From Planctomycetota bacterium (GTDB taxonomy: Bacteria > Planctomycetota > Planctomycetia > Pirellulales > Pirellulaceae), in contig JBCCYK010000003.1 in NCBI GenBank assembly GCA_039189905.1, positions 13,813 to 77,812 on the forward strand: a stretch of 64,000 bases of DNA. The letters are read 5' to 3'. Positions within the stretch are counted from its first letter, which is position 1. Each line of letters opens with the position of its first letter. Below are positions 9,795 to 20,525 of this stretch, in pieces. Made by a program: the position numbers and the translations under genes. A model generated the notes under the pieces. It was not told where the DNA came from. It worked only from the letters and a program-made list of their open reading frames with translations, and did not search any database.

Positions 9795-10226
9795 TCAGTC
9801 GACCTGAACTTCAATTCGATGCGGACGCGCTTCCTCGCGTTTGGGCAACGTGATCGACAACACACCGTCACGGAAGCGAGCCTGCACGGATTTGGTGTCC
9901 ACCAGCTCCGGTAGCTCCAGCACCCGGTGAAATTCACCGCCAAGCCGTTCACGGCGATGCCATGTCACATCGGTTTCTTCCGATGCCGCTCGCTCACCGC
10001 GCACCGAGAGTTGGTTTTCACCCGTCACCGTGATCTCCACATTCTCCATGGAAACGCCCGGCAACTCAAAGTCAACGTGTATCGCCTCCTCGGTGCTCCA
10101 AGCATCCACGCGTGGATGCCAAGTCGCGGATGTCTCACCGCTGCCAGCGAAGACGCGGTCCATCTCATCCGACAGGCGATTCATCTGGGAAAACAAAACG
10201 GACGGGCTATAGCGAGAAACAATCAT
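9795..10226 (-). CDS. Hsp20/alpha-crystallin family small heat-shock protein
   Basis: 143 aa. Alpha-crystallin domain pattern: PRVDAWSTEEAIHVDFELPGV, ending in GVLSITLPKRE. Confidence 0.9.
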   Translation of the reverse strand: MIVSRYSPSVLFSQMNRLSDEMDRVFAGSGETSATWHPRVDAWSTEEAIHVDFELPGVSMENVEITVTGENQLSVRGERAASEETDVTWHRRERLGGEFHRVLELPELVDTKSVQARFRDGVLSITLPKREEARPHRIEVQVD

Positions 10227-10400
10227 CTCGTTACCTCATAAGTCATAAGTGTTGGGAATTTTTGGGAAGCTCGCGGGTTGCCGTTTTGGCAAATCCAGCG
10301 AACGCCTGTCACACTTATGCAGCGCCCGTGCCAATCTGTCGCTCATCGAATCATCAAGATTCCTAATTCGTGTCTCAGGTGCAAAAGATCGTCACAACAC

Positions 10401-10443
10401 AAGAGAAAAGGCCGCCAGAACGGCAGCCACCGCCAAAGCGGCC
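10401..10443 (-). terminator. candidate rho-independent terminator downstream of pyc
   Basis: The minus-strand RNA just after the pyc stop reads GGCCGC-(22 nt with internal pairing)-GCGGCC followed by UUUUCUCUU. Confidence 0.5.
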
Positions 10444-10457
10444 TGCCGCGTTGGCCG

Positions 10458-13400
10458 CTATTCAAGGACAACCAAGAGATCACCGGCCTCAACCTGCGTG
10501 CCGGGAGGCGTCTGGACTTCTTTGACGACACCATCGGCCGGGGCATTGATGGTCGTTTCCATCTTCATCGCTTCCAGCACCATCAGTTTCTGGCCCGCCT
10601 TAATCTTGTCGCCCGCTGCGGCGGCGACCGTGATCACCATGCCAGGCATCGACGCGGCCACGTGCGCCGGGTTGCCGGGATCCGCTTTGACCGCAGCCTT
10701 CACATCCACGTCCAAGGACTTATCGATCACCGAAACTTCACGCGGTTGCCCGTTCAGTTCGAAGAAGACGGTTCGAGTTCCATCGGGATAGGCTTGTCCC
10801 GTGGCCAGGTATTTGATGATCAAGCGCTTTCCTTGCTCGATATCGACTGCAATCTCATCTCCTGGTTCTTGTCCATAGAAGAAATTCGGGGTGGGCAGAA
10901 CGCTCACATCCCCGTAAAGGCTCCGATGACGTGCGAAGTCTTCGAAGACTTTCTCGTAGAGCAAGTAGGTCACGGCATCCTGATCGTTTTCGGACTCGCC
11001 CGTCAGCTCGCTCGCCTTCACGCGAGCGGCTTCGACGTCCGCTGGAGGCATGTTCGCGCCGGGGCGATCCGTGACGGGGGTTTCACCGGCAAGGACGGTG
11101 TCGATCACGGGCTGAGGAAAACCGCCTGGCGGTTGCCCCATTCGACCACCGATCAAGTCCAAGACACTTGCTGGAAACGCCAAGGCCTTCTCGCTCGTCA
11201 GAACCTCTTCGGCGGACATCTCGTTTGCGACCAAGAACAGGGCCATGTCCCCAACCGCCTTGCTGGTGGGGGTGACCTTGACGATATCGCCAAACAATCG
11301 GTTGACATCGGCATAGGAACGGCAGACATCCGCCCATTGATCGGCGAGCCCCAACGCGCGGGCCTGCTGGAAGAGATTGGTGTACTGACCACCCGGCATC
11401 TCGTGGTCGTACAGGTCTCCCGTGGCCGGCAGCACATCGCTTTCAAACGGCCGATAGAACTCACGTGCAGCCTGCCAGTACGCGGCCAGGCGTGTCAAGG
11501 CTTCGGTATCCAGCGTCGACTCACGCTCGGTATCACGCAACGCTTCGACCAAGGTATTGAGATTCACTTGACTGGTACCGCCCGACATCGGGGCGAGTGC
11601 GGCATCGGCGATGGGCAAGCCCTCGCCGGCCGCGGCCATCAAAGTGGAGGCTTGAATCCCCGCGGTATCGTGTGTGTGCAGGTGGATCGGAAGATCGGTT
11701 TCTTGTTTGAGCGCTCGCATCAACTTGACCGCGGCGGCTGGCTTCAAGAGCCCGGCCATATCCTTGATCGCGATCAAATGCGCGCCCGCTGAATCCAGCT
11801 TCTTCGCGAGGTCGACGTAGTACTTGAGATCATATTTGGTTCGTTTGGGATCTTGCAGGTCTCCGGTGTAACAAATGGACGCTTCGCATATGCCACCCTC
11901 TTCGATCACCGCCTCCATTGCGACGCGGATGTTTTCTTCCCAGTTGAGCGCGTCAAAAACACGAAACACGTCCATCCCGGCCTGGACGGCTTCTCGAACG
12001 AACAAACGCACCACATTGTCGGGATAGTTTGTATAGCCCACCGCATTGCTGGCTCGCAGAAGCATCTGAGTCAAGATATTGGGAACGGCGGCGCGAAGGT
12101 CCGACAAACGTTGCCAAGGAGACTCCTTGAGGAAACGCATGGAGGTGTCAAACGTGGCCCCGCCCCACATCTCCAAGGAGAACAATGCCGATGCATGGTG
12201 AGCGTATGCCGGTGCGATGCGCAACATGTCGTCGGTACGCACGCGAGTCGCCAACAAAGACTGATGCGCGTCTCGCATGGTTGTATCCGTCAGCAACAAT
12301 CCCTTCTGTTTGCGAATCCACGCCACCAATCCCTCCACGCCTTCTTCGCGGAAGATGTCGGCGGTTCCGCGAGGAGGTTTGGTTGCCTTGGGCGTCTCGG
12401 GGACCGGTGCTGGATCGCGTCGAAGGGCAGGCGGACGGTCCGCCACCAGACTGTTCCCATTGACGATGGTCTCGCCCAGAAACGTCAACAACTTCGTAGC
12501 CCGGTCCCGCCGCCGCGGTAGCTGAAACAGCTCGGGCGTGTTATCAATCAAACGCGTCGTGGACTCTCCGGCCAGAAACGTGGGGTGGTTTACCAGACGC
12601 AACAAGAACGGGATGTTCGTCTTCACCCCGCGAATACGGAACTCCTGCAAACAGCGATCCATGCGACGAGCCGCGGCGGTGAATTCCGGCGCACGCGCGG
12701 TCACCTTGACCAGCATGGAGTCATAAAAGGGGTTCACCACCGCACCACTGAATGCCGTTCCCGCATCCAGCCGAATCCCCAAACCCGCTGCCGACCGGTA
12801 GTGACTGATGCGCCCGTAATCCGGGCGAAAATCGGCTGCCGGATCTTCCGTGGTGACACGGCACTGAATCGCGAACCCACTGGTGGCAATGTCGTCTTGC
12901 GATGCCAATCCGATACTCTCGTGCTCCAGCGGGTGCCCTTGCGCGATCAAGATCTGGGATCGAACCACATCCACGCCTGTCACCTCTTCGGTCACGGTGT
13001 GTTCCACCTGGATCCGCGGATTCACTTCGATAAAGAAGTACTCGCCGGAATCGGTATCCAACAGAAACTCAACCGTGCCGGCGTTGTCATAGCTCGTCCC
13101 ACCGGCGACCTCCCCCACGGCTTTGCCGATCTGAACCGCCGCGTCGCAGATGCCTTTTCGGATCGAATCCGGCAGATTGGGAGCCGGTGCAATCTCAACC
13201 ACCTTTTGATGGCGTCGTTGCACACTGCAGTCGCGTTCGAACAAGTGCACCAAATTGCCATGCCGATCACCGATCAGCTGAACTTCCAGGTGACGCGCAC
13301 GTTGAACAAAACGCTCTAGGAAGACCTCATCACTTCCGAACGCGGTCTTCGCCTCGCGCTGCGCGGCCTCCAGGTTTCCAGCCAGATCCTCGGGCTTCAT

Positions 13401-13958
13401 CACGATGCGCATGCCGCGACCACCACCTCCCTTGGCTGCTTTCAGCATGATCGGATACCCAAGCGAACTTGCCGCCTCTTCCGCCTCAGGCAAAGAGGCC
13501 ACCGCCTTGGAAGTGCCACCCAGAATCGGCACACCGGCGGTGTCCGCCAAGCGACGAGCGCTGGTCTTGTCACCCAACTGACGCAAACAGGATTCACTGG
13601 GGCCGATAAACAGGATCCCCGCGTCCGTCAGGGCCTTTGCAAAATCCGGGTTCTCCGAAAGGAAGCCATAGCCAGGATGGACCGCGTCGATGTCGTGCTT
13701 CAAGCAAAGACCGACGATCGCATCGATGTTAAGGTACGACCGAATCGGCTCGCCGGGTTCTCCAATCTGATAGGCCTCGTCCGCTTTGAATCGATGCAGA
13801 GCGTAACGGTCTTCATGGGAGTAGATGGCAACGGTGCGAATGCCCAATTCCGTTGCCGAACGGAACACCCGCGTCGCGATCTCACTCCGGTTCGCGGCAA
13901 GCAATTTCCTGATGGGGCGCGTTTGTGAGTCAGCTTGCGCGCTGGGCGAGGTTGCCAT
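10458..13958 (-). CDS. pyc: pyruvate carboxylase (single-chain)
   Basis: Has an N-terminal biotin carboxylase/ATP-grasp region, a carboxyltransferase HxH site (IHLHTHDTAG) and a C-terminal biotinyl motif (EAMKME). The likely start is MATSPSAQ at 13958; the ORF extends to 14015. Confidence 0.92.
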   Translation of the reverse strand: MATSPSAQADSQTRPIRKLLAANRSEIATRVFRSATELGIRTVAIYSHEDRYALHRFKADEAYQIGEPGEPIRSYLNIDAIVGLCLKHDIDAVHPGYGFLSENPDFAKALTDAGILFIGPSESCLRQLGDKTSARRLADTAGVPILGGTSKAVASLPEAEEAASSLGYPIMLKAAKGGGGRGMRIVMKPEDLAGNLEAAQREAKTAFGSDEVFLERFVQRARHLEVQLIGDRHGNLVHLFERDCSVQRRHQKVVEIAPAPNLPDSIRKGICDAAVQIGKAVGEVAGGTSYDNAGTVEFLLDTDSGEYFFIEVNPRIQVEHTVTEEVTGVDVVRSQILIAQGHPLEHESIGLASQDDIATSGFAIQCRVTTEDPAADFRPDYGRISHYRSAAGLGIRLDAGTAFSGAVVNPFYDSMLVKVTARAPEFTAAARRMDRCLQEFRIRGVKTNIPFLLRLVNHPTFLAGESTTRLIDNTPELFQLPRRRDRATKLLTFLGETIVNGNSLVADRPPALRRDPAPVPETPKATKPPRGTADIFREEGVEGLVAWIRKQKGLLLTDTTMRDAHQSLLATRVRTDDMLRIAPAYAHHASALFSLEMWGGATFDTSMRFLKESPWQRLSDLRAAVPNILTQMLLRASNAVGYTNYPDNVVRLFVREAVQAGMDVFRVFDALNWEENIRVAMEAVIEEGGICEASICYTGDLQDPKRTKYDLKYYVDLAKKLDSAGAHLIAIKDMAGLLKPAAAVKLMRALKQETDLPIHLHTHDTAGIQASTLMAAAGEGLPIADAALAPMSGGTSQVNLNTLVEALRDTERESTLDTEALTRLAAYWQAAREFYRPFESDVLPATGDLYDHEMPGGQYTNLFQQARALGLADQWADVCRSYADVNRLFGDIVKVTPTSKAVGDMALFLVANEMSAEEVLTSEKALAFPASVLDLIGGRMGQPPGGFPQPVIDTVLAGETPVTDRPGANMPPADVEAARVKASELTGESENDQDAVTYLLYEKVFEDFARHRSLYGDVSVLPTPNFFYGQEPGDEIAVDIEQGKRLIIKYLATGQAYPDGTRTVFFELNGQPREVSVIDKSLDVDVKAAVKADPGNPAHVAASMPGMVITVAAAAGDKIKAGQKLMVLEAMKMETTINAPADGVVKEVQTPPGTQVEAGDLLVVLE

Positions 13959-14314
13959 GAGACTGCGGCCGTGCGAGAGGGATGATGGGAAGCTTGGCGA
14001 TGCCGAGGAAGCCAAGCTGGCGGTATCATCGCTGCGCCAAACGCGCCTGCCAACCTGCCTGCCCGGATGGGCCTCTCTAGCTAGGCGATATCGAAGGACG
14101 ATGTTGGAAGCACGCGTTGCGGCGATCGAGAAAGGCCCCGATCAAGTCCCTGTTCGCCCCTTCGAGAACAACCTCGAATGATACAATGGTCTCCGATGGA
14201 TATCTCGAGTGAGGTTCCGATGAAGGCCCCGTGGCGATTCGATCCGCGGCAGGCGTGCTCGCTCGTGCTTGTCATTTGGTCACGCAACATGAACTAACCA
14301 CAGAGAACGCATCC

Positions 14315-15121
14315 ATGACGCAAGCAACAAACCATCCTCGAAATCACATTGGGTTGGCGGTGCTGCTTGTTCTGGCAGCATCTGTCTCATGTCATCCGGC
14401 CTGGTGTGACGCCCAGGAAGCACCCCAGAACGACGGCGCGGGTTCGCCGCTGAAAGTGCTCTTGGTGACGTCCGGTTGTTGCCACGACTATGATTTTCAG
14501 ACCAAGCAGTTGCAGCTGGCATTTCAAGAAGAGTCCGTCAACGTCGTTTGGACCGTTGTCAATGATGGCGGCAAAGGAACCTCGGCGATTCTGAAACTCT
14601 ACGATGATCCCGATTGGGCGAAGCCCTACGATGTCGTGATTCACAACGAGTGCTTCGCAAAAACGACTGACGCGGAGTACATCCGCCGAATCACGGAGCC
14701 GCACAAAGCAGGCACTCCCGGCGTGGTCATCCACTGTGCGATGCATACCTACCGTGAAGCCAAGATCGACGATTGGAGGCAGATGCTGGGCGTCACCAGC
14801 CGGAGACACGAACACCAGAGTCGCTATGCGGTCAAAGTCTTGAAGGCGAATCACCCGGTCATGCGTGAGTTCCCGGCTTCGTGGGTCACTCCGATGGATG
14901 AGCTCTACATCATTGAAAAACAATGGCCCAACATGGTGCCGCTCGCTGAATCCGTGAGTGAGAAAACCGGGGACCCGCATCCGGTTTTCTGGACCAATCA
15001 ATTTGGTGCAGCCCGCGTCTTTGGCACCACGTATGGACACTCCAACGACACCTTTGGTGACCACGTCTTTTTGTCGACCCTTGTTCGGGGAACCCTTTGG
15101 GCGACAGGGAATCTGCAATGA
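14315..15121 (+). CDS. ThuA-domain (trehalose-utilisation-like) protein, secreted
   Basis: Signal-like N-terminus ([13 protein letters not shown]) followed by a ThuA-like core ([26 protein letters not shown]). The start at 14315 is chosen over the 14231 ORF start. Confidence 0.7.
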   Translation: MTQATNHPRNHIGLAVLLVLAASVSCHPAWCDAQEAPQNDGAGSPLKVLLVTSGCCHDYDFQTKQLQLAFQEESVNVVWTVVNDGGKGTSAILKLYDDPDWAKPYDVVIHNECFAKTTDAEYIRRITEPHKAGTPGVVIHCAMHTYREAKIDDWRQMLGVTSRRHEHQSRYAVKVLKANHPVMREFPASWVTPMDELYIIEKQWPNMVPLAESVSEKTGDPHPVFWTNQFGAARVFGTTYGHSNDTFGDHVFLSTLVRGTLWATGNLQ

Positions 15122-16500
15122 CCCATCGCCTGCTGATTCGCAACGCCCAAATGGTCCTTCCGGGAGATGGGATTGACGCGGACTCCGGCTCCGTCCGCAA
15201 AGGGAACGTCCTGATCTCAGACGGTGTCTTTGTCGACCTGGACGCCGATGCCCAAGCCAGCTGCGATGAAGTCGTTGACGGCAGCGGTCTGCACATGTTG
15301 CCCGGCGTCGTTGACGATCAAGTGCATTTTCGTGAGCCGGGTCTCACACACAAAGAGGATCTCTCCACGGCGAGCCATGCTTGTGCCGCGGGTGGTGTCA
15401 CCACTTTCTTAGAGATGCCCAACACGAAACCTCCTGCCATCACGGTGGAGGGCGTGCGTGAAAAAGAGAAGCTAGGCGCGGAGAAATCACTCGTCAACTA
15501 CGGGTTCTACATCGGAGCGACGCCCGATAACGTCGCGGAGCTGAGCAAGGCGACGGACTTACCCGGCATCAAGATCTTCATCGGTAGTAGCACGGGAAGT
15601 CTTCTGGTCGACGAGCAGGAAGCGCTGGAACGCATCTTTGCTGAAACGACGCTTCCCATCTGCGCGCATTGTGAGGACGAATCCACGGTTCGTACCAACG
15701 CCGAACGCCTGGCAGGACGTACGGACATCGCAGTCCATTCCGAGATCCGCGACGAAAAAGCGGCCATGATTGCCACTCAAAGGGCGACGGATCTCGCCCG
15801 CCGACATCAACATCGCTTCCATGTGCTTCACGTTTCCACGGCGGCCGAACTGGTTCACTTGAATGAGCCCAGCCCGTACCTGACCGCAGAAGTCTGCCTG
15901 CATCATTTGTTCTTCCACATTGGTGACTACGATCGATTGGGCAGCCGCATCCAAATGAACCCTTCCATCAAGAATGCAAGTGACAACGCAGGCTTGATGC
16001 GAGCGCTCAAGGAGAATGTGATCCAGGTCATCGCCACGGATCACGCGCCGCATACACTCGAGGAAAAATCACAGCCTTATCCGGCAAGCCCTTCCGGTCT
16101 CCCTGCGGTCGAGAATTCGCTGGCACTGATGCTGGATCGTTGCCACGCTGGAATGGTGAATCTGCCTCAAATCGCGCACTGGATGTGTGATGCTCCCGCC
16201 CGTGTTTGGTCGATCGCGGGGAAGGGCCGCATCGCAAAAGGATACGATGCCGACTTTGTGTTGGTGGACTGTGAGGAGCGTCGCACGATCTTGGATCAAG
16301 AACAACACACCAAAAATCGCTGGAGCCCCTGGCACGGCGAATCGCTGACGGGATGGCCGGTAGCAACCTATGTTGCGGGTCGACGGGTGTGGTCCAAGTC
16401 GACAGGATTTAGCCAGGACCACCGCGGCTCCAAGCCTGTCTTCGATCATGCTCGCGGTGGATACTGGAACACAGCCGCCGGCGTTGGGCCTAGCCAATAA
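15118..16500 (+). CDS. pyrC: dihydroorotase
   Basis: Amidohydrolase metal-binding motif [10 protein letters not shown], and [10 protein letters not shown], typical of class I dihydroorotases. The ATG overlaps the ThuA stop (ATGA at 15118-15121). Confidence 0.85.
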   Translation: MTHRLLIRNAQMVLPGDGIDADSGSVRKGNVLISDGVFVDLDADAQASCDEVVDGSGLHMLPGVVDDQVHFREPGLTHKEDLSTASHACAAGGVTTFLEMPNTKPPAITVEGVREKEKLGAEKSLVNYGFYIGATPDNVAELSKATDLPGIKIFIGSSTGSLLVDEQEALERIFAETTLPICAHCEDESTVRTNAERLAGRTDIAVHSEIRDEKAAMIATQRATDLARRHQHRFHVLHVSTAAELVHLNEPSPYLTAEVCLHHLFFHIGDYDRLGSRIQMNPSIKNASDNAGLMRALKENVIQVIATDHAPHTLEEKSQPYPASPSGLPAVENSLALMLDRCHAGMVNLPQIAHWMCDAPARVWSIAGKGRIAKGYDADFVLVDCEERRTILDQEQHTKNRWSPWHGESLTGWPVATYVAGRRVWSKSTGFSQDHRGSKPVFDHARGGYWNTAAGVGPSQ

Positions 16501-16559
16501 CCAGGCCCTGCCGCGCGATCAAAAACGCTTGCCTTGCCATTTCTTGGGAACTGACCCCC

Positions 16560-17195
16560 ATGCCCGACGTCCACCTGCTTAATCACCCCCTGATTCAACA
16601 TCACCTCCGCGTGCTCCGTGACCAGAGGACCTGCCCATCCGAGTTCCGCACGACCGTGTCCCGTCTGGCAATGCTGATTGGCGTGCACGCGACGGAGGAC
16701 CTCCTTACTGAGGACGTGACCGTCCAAACGCCGGTTGGGGAAGCAATGGGTCAGCGTATCGCCTGTGACATCGCCGTGGTCCCCGTGCTTCGCGCGGGGC
16801 TCGGTATGGTCGAACCCATGCTCGATCTCATTCCTGATGCCTCGGTGTGGCACCTCGGACTCTACCGCAACGAACAGACCGCCGAACCCGTCGGTTACTA
16901 CGACAAGCTGCCACAATCGGGAGCACCGAACGTGGCTCTGGTCCTCGATCCCATGCTGGCGACGGGCGGCTCGATCGATCTGGTGACCCAACGTTTGAAG
17001 CGATGGGGTGTCGCTGAGATTCGTGTTCTCAGCATCATTGCCTCACAAGCGGGCGTCGACCGCGTGTCCAAAGACTACCCCGATCTGAAACTCTTTGTCG
17101 CGGCCGTTGACCCCGTCCTCAACGATCAAGCGTTCATCGTTCCCGGTCTCGGTGACGCGGGCGATCGTATTTTCGACACTCCCCAACACGACTGA
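16560..17195 (+). CDS. upp: uracil phosphoribosyltransferase
   Basis: 211 aa. N-terminus HPLIQHHLRVLRD and PRPP-binding loop LDPMLATGGS. Confidence 0.9.
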   Translation: MPDVHLLNHPLIQHHLRVLRDQRTCPSEFRTTVSRLAMLIGVHATEDLLTEDVTVQTPVGEAMGQRIACDIAVVPVLRAGLGMVEPMLDLIPDASVWHLGLYRNEQTAEPVGYYDKLPQSGAPNVALVLDPMLATGGSIDLVTQRLKRWGVAEIRVLSIIASQAGVDRVSKDYPDLKLFVAAVDPVLNDQAFIVPGLGDAGDRIFDTPQHD

Positions 17196-17201
17196 TTCGC
17201 C

Positions 17202-17927
17202 ATGAACCTGAAGCAGCGAACTTTTCTTCGGACCCTGATCCTGGTTTGCACGGTGGCAACTGGTTCATGGGACTCGCGTGCAGATGAAATACCGCGAACC
17301 ATCCGAGTCATGGGAACGGGAACCGCGGCCGGTGTCCCTGACATCGCCATGGTGAATCTGGGTGTGACGACTGAGGATGCGCAAGCCAGTGCCGCCGTCA
17401 AATCCAACAGCCGCGTGGTGTCGAAATTACTGCAGATGTTGAGCTTGCAAGGGATTGAGGAACGCGACACCCAGACAAAAGGCTTCAACGTCCGTCCGGT
17501 CTACTCTCGCGACAACAACCGGAACCGCAGTGCTCCCCAGATATCGGGATACAGCGTCAGCAATCAGATCCGCATTCGTGTCCGTGAGCTTGACAACTTG
17601 GGTCGGCTTCTCGATGAGTTGGTGGCGGCGGGCAGCAATCAGATTTCCGGCATCTCGTTTGACATTGATGATCCGATCAAGCTTCAAGATGCCGCGAAGC
17701 AGGCTGCGGTCAAAGATGCGATGCGCGTTGCCAAGCTCTACGCCGATGCGGCCGGTGTCAGGGTCGGTTCTCTGATATCGCTCTCCGAATCCTCATCGGC
17801 AAGCCAACCCCCCATGCCAATGGCTCGCATGGCCATGGCAGCCGAAGCCAGCGCGGTACCGATCGCCGAAGGCGAAAAGACCATCACCGCAACGATTGAA
17901 GCGGTCTTCGGAATTTTGGATCCGTGA
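17202..17927 (+). CDS. SIMPL-domain (DUF541/BP26-like) periplasmic protein
   Basis: 241 aa with a signal peptide. The pattern (VMGTGTAAGVPDIAMVNLGV, ISGYSVSNQIRIRV, ISGISFDIDD) is typical of the SIMPL/BP26 family. Confidence 0.75.
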   Translation: MNLKQRTFLRTLILVCTVATGSWDSRADEIPRTIRVMGTGTAAGVPDIAMVNLGVTTEDAQASAAVKSNSRVVSKLLQMLSLQGIEERDTQTKGFNVRPVYSRDNNRNRSAPQISGYSVSNQIRIRVRELDNLGRLLDELVAAGSNQISGISFDIDDPIKLQDAAKQAAVKDAMRVAKLYADAAGVRVGSLISLSESSSASQPPMPMARMAMAAEASAVPIAEGEKTITATIEAVFGILDP

Positions 17928-17929
17928 TT

Positions 17930-18847
17930 TCAGTCGCCTGAAAGCTGGAATTGCAGCGTCAAGATGCGCTGGTGCCCGGCCAAATCGCGTATCAGCTCCG
18001 CACCCGACCACCGGGAATCTTGGCTCACGCTTGCAAGGCAGGTCTCCGCAATCATGGGACTCAATTCGATGATCAGCTGCCCTTGATCCACGAGGTGTGA
18101 AGCAGCCTGCGGGACAAGTTGATCGATGACCTCCGTCCCCGTTGGACCCGCCAGCAAGGCTTCCCGTGGTTCAAATTCCCGCACGGTGTCCGGGAGATCT
18201 TCGTACTCATCCTGACTGACATACGGGGGGTTGCTACAGATGAGATCAAATTGACTCTCGGTCGGGATACTTGCCAACAGATCGCTTTGATGGAACGTGA
18301 TGCGATCACTCACTTGATGGGCATCCGCATTCCACCGCGCGATGTCTAGCGCCGACTCGCTAATGTCGACCGCCGTCACCTGGGCCGCCGGCAAGTGCTT
18401 GGCCAGCGTCACCGCGATCGCTCCCGATCCTGTCCCGACATCCAAGATTTGCAACGGGCGATCGAGCATCGCCTCAGCGAGTCGGCTTTGCAACACCTTC
18501 GCTTGGTCCAGCGCTTCGATCACCAAGTGCTCCGTTTCCGGGCGGGGGATCAGCACGTTTTCGTCGACACGAAATCGCAAAGAATAGAACTCGCGGTAGC
18601 CCACCAACTGCGCGACTGGCGCGCCCTCGCCTCGACGTCGAACCAACTCGCGGAACGCGACGCGCTCTTCCTCCGATGGGATGTCATCGAACGCGGTGTA
18701 GAGCGCGATGCGCGGGCAGTCTCGCGCATGCGCTAGCAAGATCTCCGCATCCAGTCGTGGTGAATCGCTCCCTTTTTCCTTGAAAAAGTCCGTGGTCCAC
18801 TCCAGCAATCGCAGAACCGTCCATGGTGAATTGATGCGCGTGGACAT
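17930..18847 (-). CDS. prmC: release factor N5-glutamine methyltransferase
   Basis: SAM-binding ILDVGTGSGAI and catalytic NPPY (ICSNPPYV). Sits immediately downstream of prfA. Confidence 0.9.
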   Translation of the reverse strand: MSTRINSPWTVLRLLEWTTDFFKEKGSDSPRLDAEILLAHARDCPRIALYTAFDDIPSEEERVAFRELVRRRGEGAPVAQLVGYREFYSLRFRVDENVLIPRPETEHLVIEALDQAKVLQSRLAEAMLDRPLQILDVGTGSGAIAVTLAKHLPAAQVTAVDISESALDIARWNADAHQVSDRITFHQSDLLASIPTESQFDLICSNPPYVSQDEYEDLPDTVREFEPREALLAGPTGTEVIDQLVPQAASHLVDQGQLIIELSPMIAETCLASVSQDSRWSGAELIRDLAGHQRILTLQFQLSGD

Positions 18848-18897
18848 GGTGCTTATCCGAGATCGATTGGAACCGCCAAGTGAAGAAAGACAATCGT

Positions 18898-19986
18898 TCA
18901 GTTATCTTCCATCTCGTCGCGCAATTGGTCGCGATCGTATTCAATCAGTGCCTGCGTGACCGTGGATAAATCGCCGGCTGCGATTTGATCCAGTTTGTAC
19001 AACGTGAGGTTGATGCGATGATCCGTGACGCGGTTCTGCGGGAAGTTGTACGTACGAATCCGCTGGCTACGGTCACCTGAGCCGATGAGTGTCTTCCGAG
19101 TTTGGGCCTGCTTGGCCGCCTCCTCTTCACGCCGCTTCTCGTAGATCCGTGCCTTCAAGACTCGCAGTGCCTTTGCGAGATTCTTATGTTGGCTTTTCTC
19201 ATCCTGGCACTGAACCACAATGCCCGTGTCGTGATGAGTCAAGCGCACCGCCGATTCCGTCTTGTTGACGTGCTGACCGCCGGGGCCACTGGCATTGAAC
19301 TTGTCCAGGCGATAGTCATCCGGCTTCAGATCGACTTCGACGTCCTCGGGCTCCGGCATCACGGCTACGGTCGCGGCCGACGTGTGCACGCGACCTTGCG
19401 TTTCGGTCTCGGGGACTCGCTGCACACGATGACCACCGGATTCATACTGCAAATCGCGGAAGACGTTTTCGCCTTCGACCGTCAGCGTGATTTCTTTGAA
19501 GCCACCTTTCTCACTCGGACTGGCATCCAAAATTTCCGTCTTCCAGCCGATCGTTTCCGCGTGACGCCGATACATCTCGAAAAGGTCCCGGGCGAACAGG
19601 GCCGCTTCCTCGCCACCCGTTCCGGCACGGATTTCCATCACACATCGTGTTCGGTGGGAATCCTCACCACCAACCGTCAAAGACAGCAACTCTTCCCAAA
19701 TCACCTCACGTTGCGAACGCAGGTCGGCCATTTCGGCCTGAGCCATTTCGCGTTCCTCAGCATCCTCCGCCGAGTCTGCCATCTCTTGGCAGCCGCGAAT
19801 CTCATCCGTCAGACGCTTGAACTCTCGATACTTCCCGGAAACCTTGGCGAGCCCCCCATGCTCTCGGGCGACGGCGCTCATCAGGGCACCGTCGGCCTGC
19901 ACCGCCGGATCGGCCATGTCTTGTTCGAGCGACTGGAAACGAGCTAGCTTTTCTTCGAGGATCTCGCGGATGGAGCCGCCGCTCAT
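18898..19986 (-). CDS. prfA: peptide chain release factor 1
   Basis: GGQ motif ([16 protein letters not shown]) and an RF1-type PxT tripeptide (PET). The start overlaps the rpmE stop (ATGA at 19983-19986). Confidence 0.95.
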   Translation of the reverse strand: MSGGSIREILEEKLARFQSLEQDMADPAVQADGALMSAVAREHGGLAKVSGKYREFKRLTDEIRGCQEMADSAEDAEEREMAQAEMADLRSQREVIWEELLSLTVGGEDSHRTRCVMEIRAGTGGEEAALFARDLFEMYRRHAETIGWKTEILDASPSEKGGFKEITLTVEGENVFRDLQYESGGHRVQRVPETETQGRVHTSAATVAVMPEPEDVEVDLKPDDYRLDKFNASGPGGQHVNKTESAVRLTHHDTGIVVQCQDEKSQHKNLAKALRVLKARIYEKRREEEAAKQAQTRKTLIGSGDRSQRIRTYNFPQNRVTDHRINLTLYKLDQIAAGDLSTVTQALIEYDRDQLRDEMEDN

Positions 19987-20225
19987 TTCTTGGCTTTCTT
20001 GCCCTTCTTTTGCAGGCTTCCATAGGAGCCAGCGGCAAACTTTTTCTGGAACTTATCGATACGGCCAGCCGTGTCGACGTATTTCAGTTTGCCGGTATAG
20101 AACGGATGGCAGGCGTTGCAAATGTCGACCTTCAGCTCCGGCCGTACACTCCGGGTGGTAAAGGTGTTGCCACAACCGCAGGTAACCGTTGTTTCCTGAT
20201 AGTCGGGGTGGATGCCGTCTTTCAT
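19983..20225 (-). CDS. rpmE: 50S ribosomal protein L31 (Cys-containing type)
   Basis: Canonical N-terminus MKDGIHPDY at 20225. Cys pairs CGC and CNAC are present, plus a Lys-rich C-terminal tail. The ORF-track extension to 20336 is not supported by L31 architecture. Confidence 0.9.
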   Translation of the reverse strand: MKDGIHPDYQETTVTCGCGNTFTTRSVRPELKVDICNACHPFYTGKLKYVDTAGRIDKFQKKFAAGSYGSLQKKGKKAKK

Positions 20226-20330
20226 GATTTTCGTCGACTCCGCCGGTCGGCGAAGAGAATGCTTGGGTTCGGGTCGCTGCTTTCGACTCGCAGGGTCGAG
20301 TCCCGAATCATATTCTCGACCTGGTCTCCG
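20226..20330 (-). promoter_or_regulatory. candidate structured 5' leader of rpmE
   Basis: The minus-strand RNA contains mutually exclusive helices. GGUCGAG/CUCGACC competes with ACUCG/CGAGU nested in UUCGGG/CCCGAA (about 20266-20325). A small CGCC/GGCG hairpin lies next to the start codon. Confidence 0.3.
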
Positions 20331-20525
20331 CTTCAAGGGCTGTCGGGCGGCCTCGGTCAGCGAATTTTCCTGGCCCCGGGCCTCAGTCAGAAGCTCCCCG
20401 GCCGGCGACCGGTCGTTGCGTCGGGCATTTTCTTCGCTCCCGCGTTGACGGTATGAGAAACTCCCCAGGTGGGTAGTTACGATGACTGTTTCGAGTCACT
20501 CCCCGTCGGTCTTGGCCTGGGAATC

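Noticed and set aside
10227-10400. Heat-shock control element (CIRCE, ROSE or a sigma-32-type promoter) upstream of hsp20
   Set aside because: I found no TTAGCACTC-N9-GAGTGCTAA-like inverted repeat and no convincing CTTGAAA/CCCCAT pair. Only a 5-bp TTGCC/GGCAA hairpin and a CTTATGA direct repeat next to the SD are present.
10278-11792. 504-aa plus-strand ORF
   Set aside because: It is antisense to the well-supported pyruvate carboxylase gene. The product is Arg/Gly/His-rich with no motifs, which is the usual shadow ORF of a GC-rich gene. The same applies to 11853-12521 and 12585-13319.
20285-20308. tRNA-like T-arm sequence (GGGTCGAGTCCCGAAT)
   Set aside because: The flanks do not form an acceptor stem, D-arm or anticodon arm. 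The segment is better explained as part of the hairpins in the rpmE leader.
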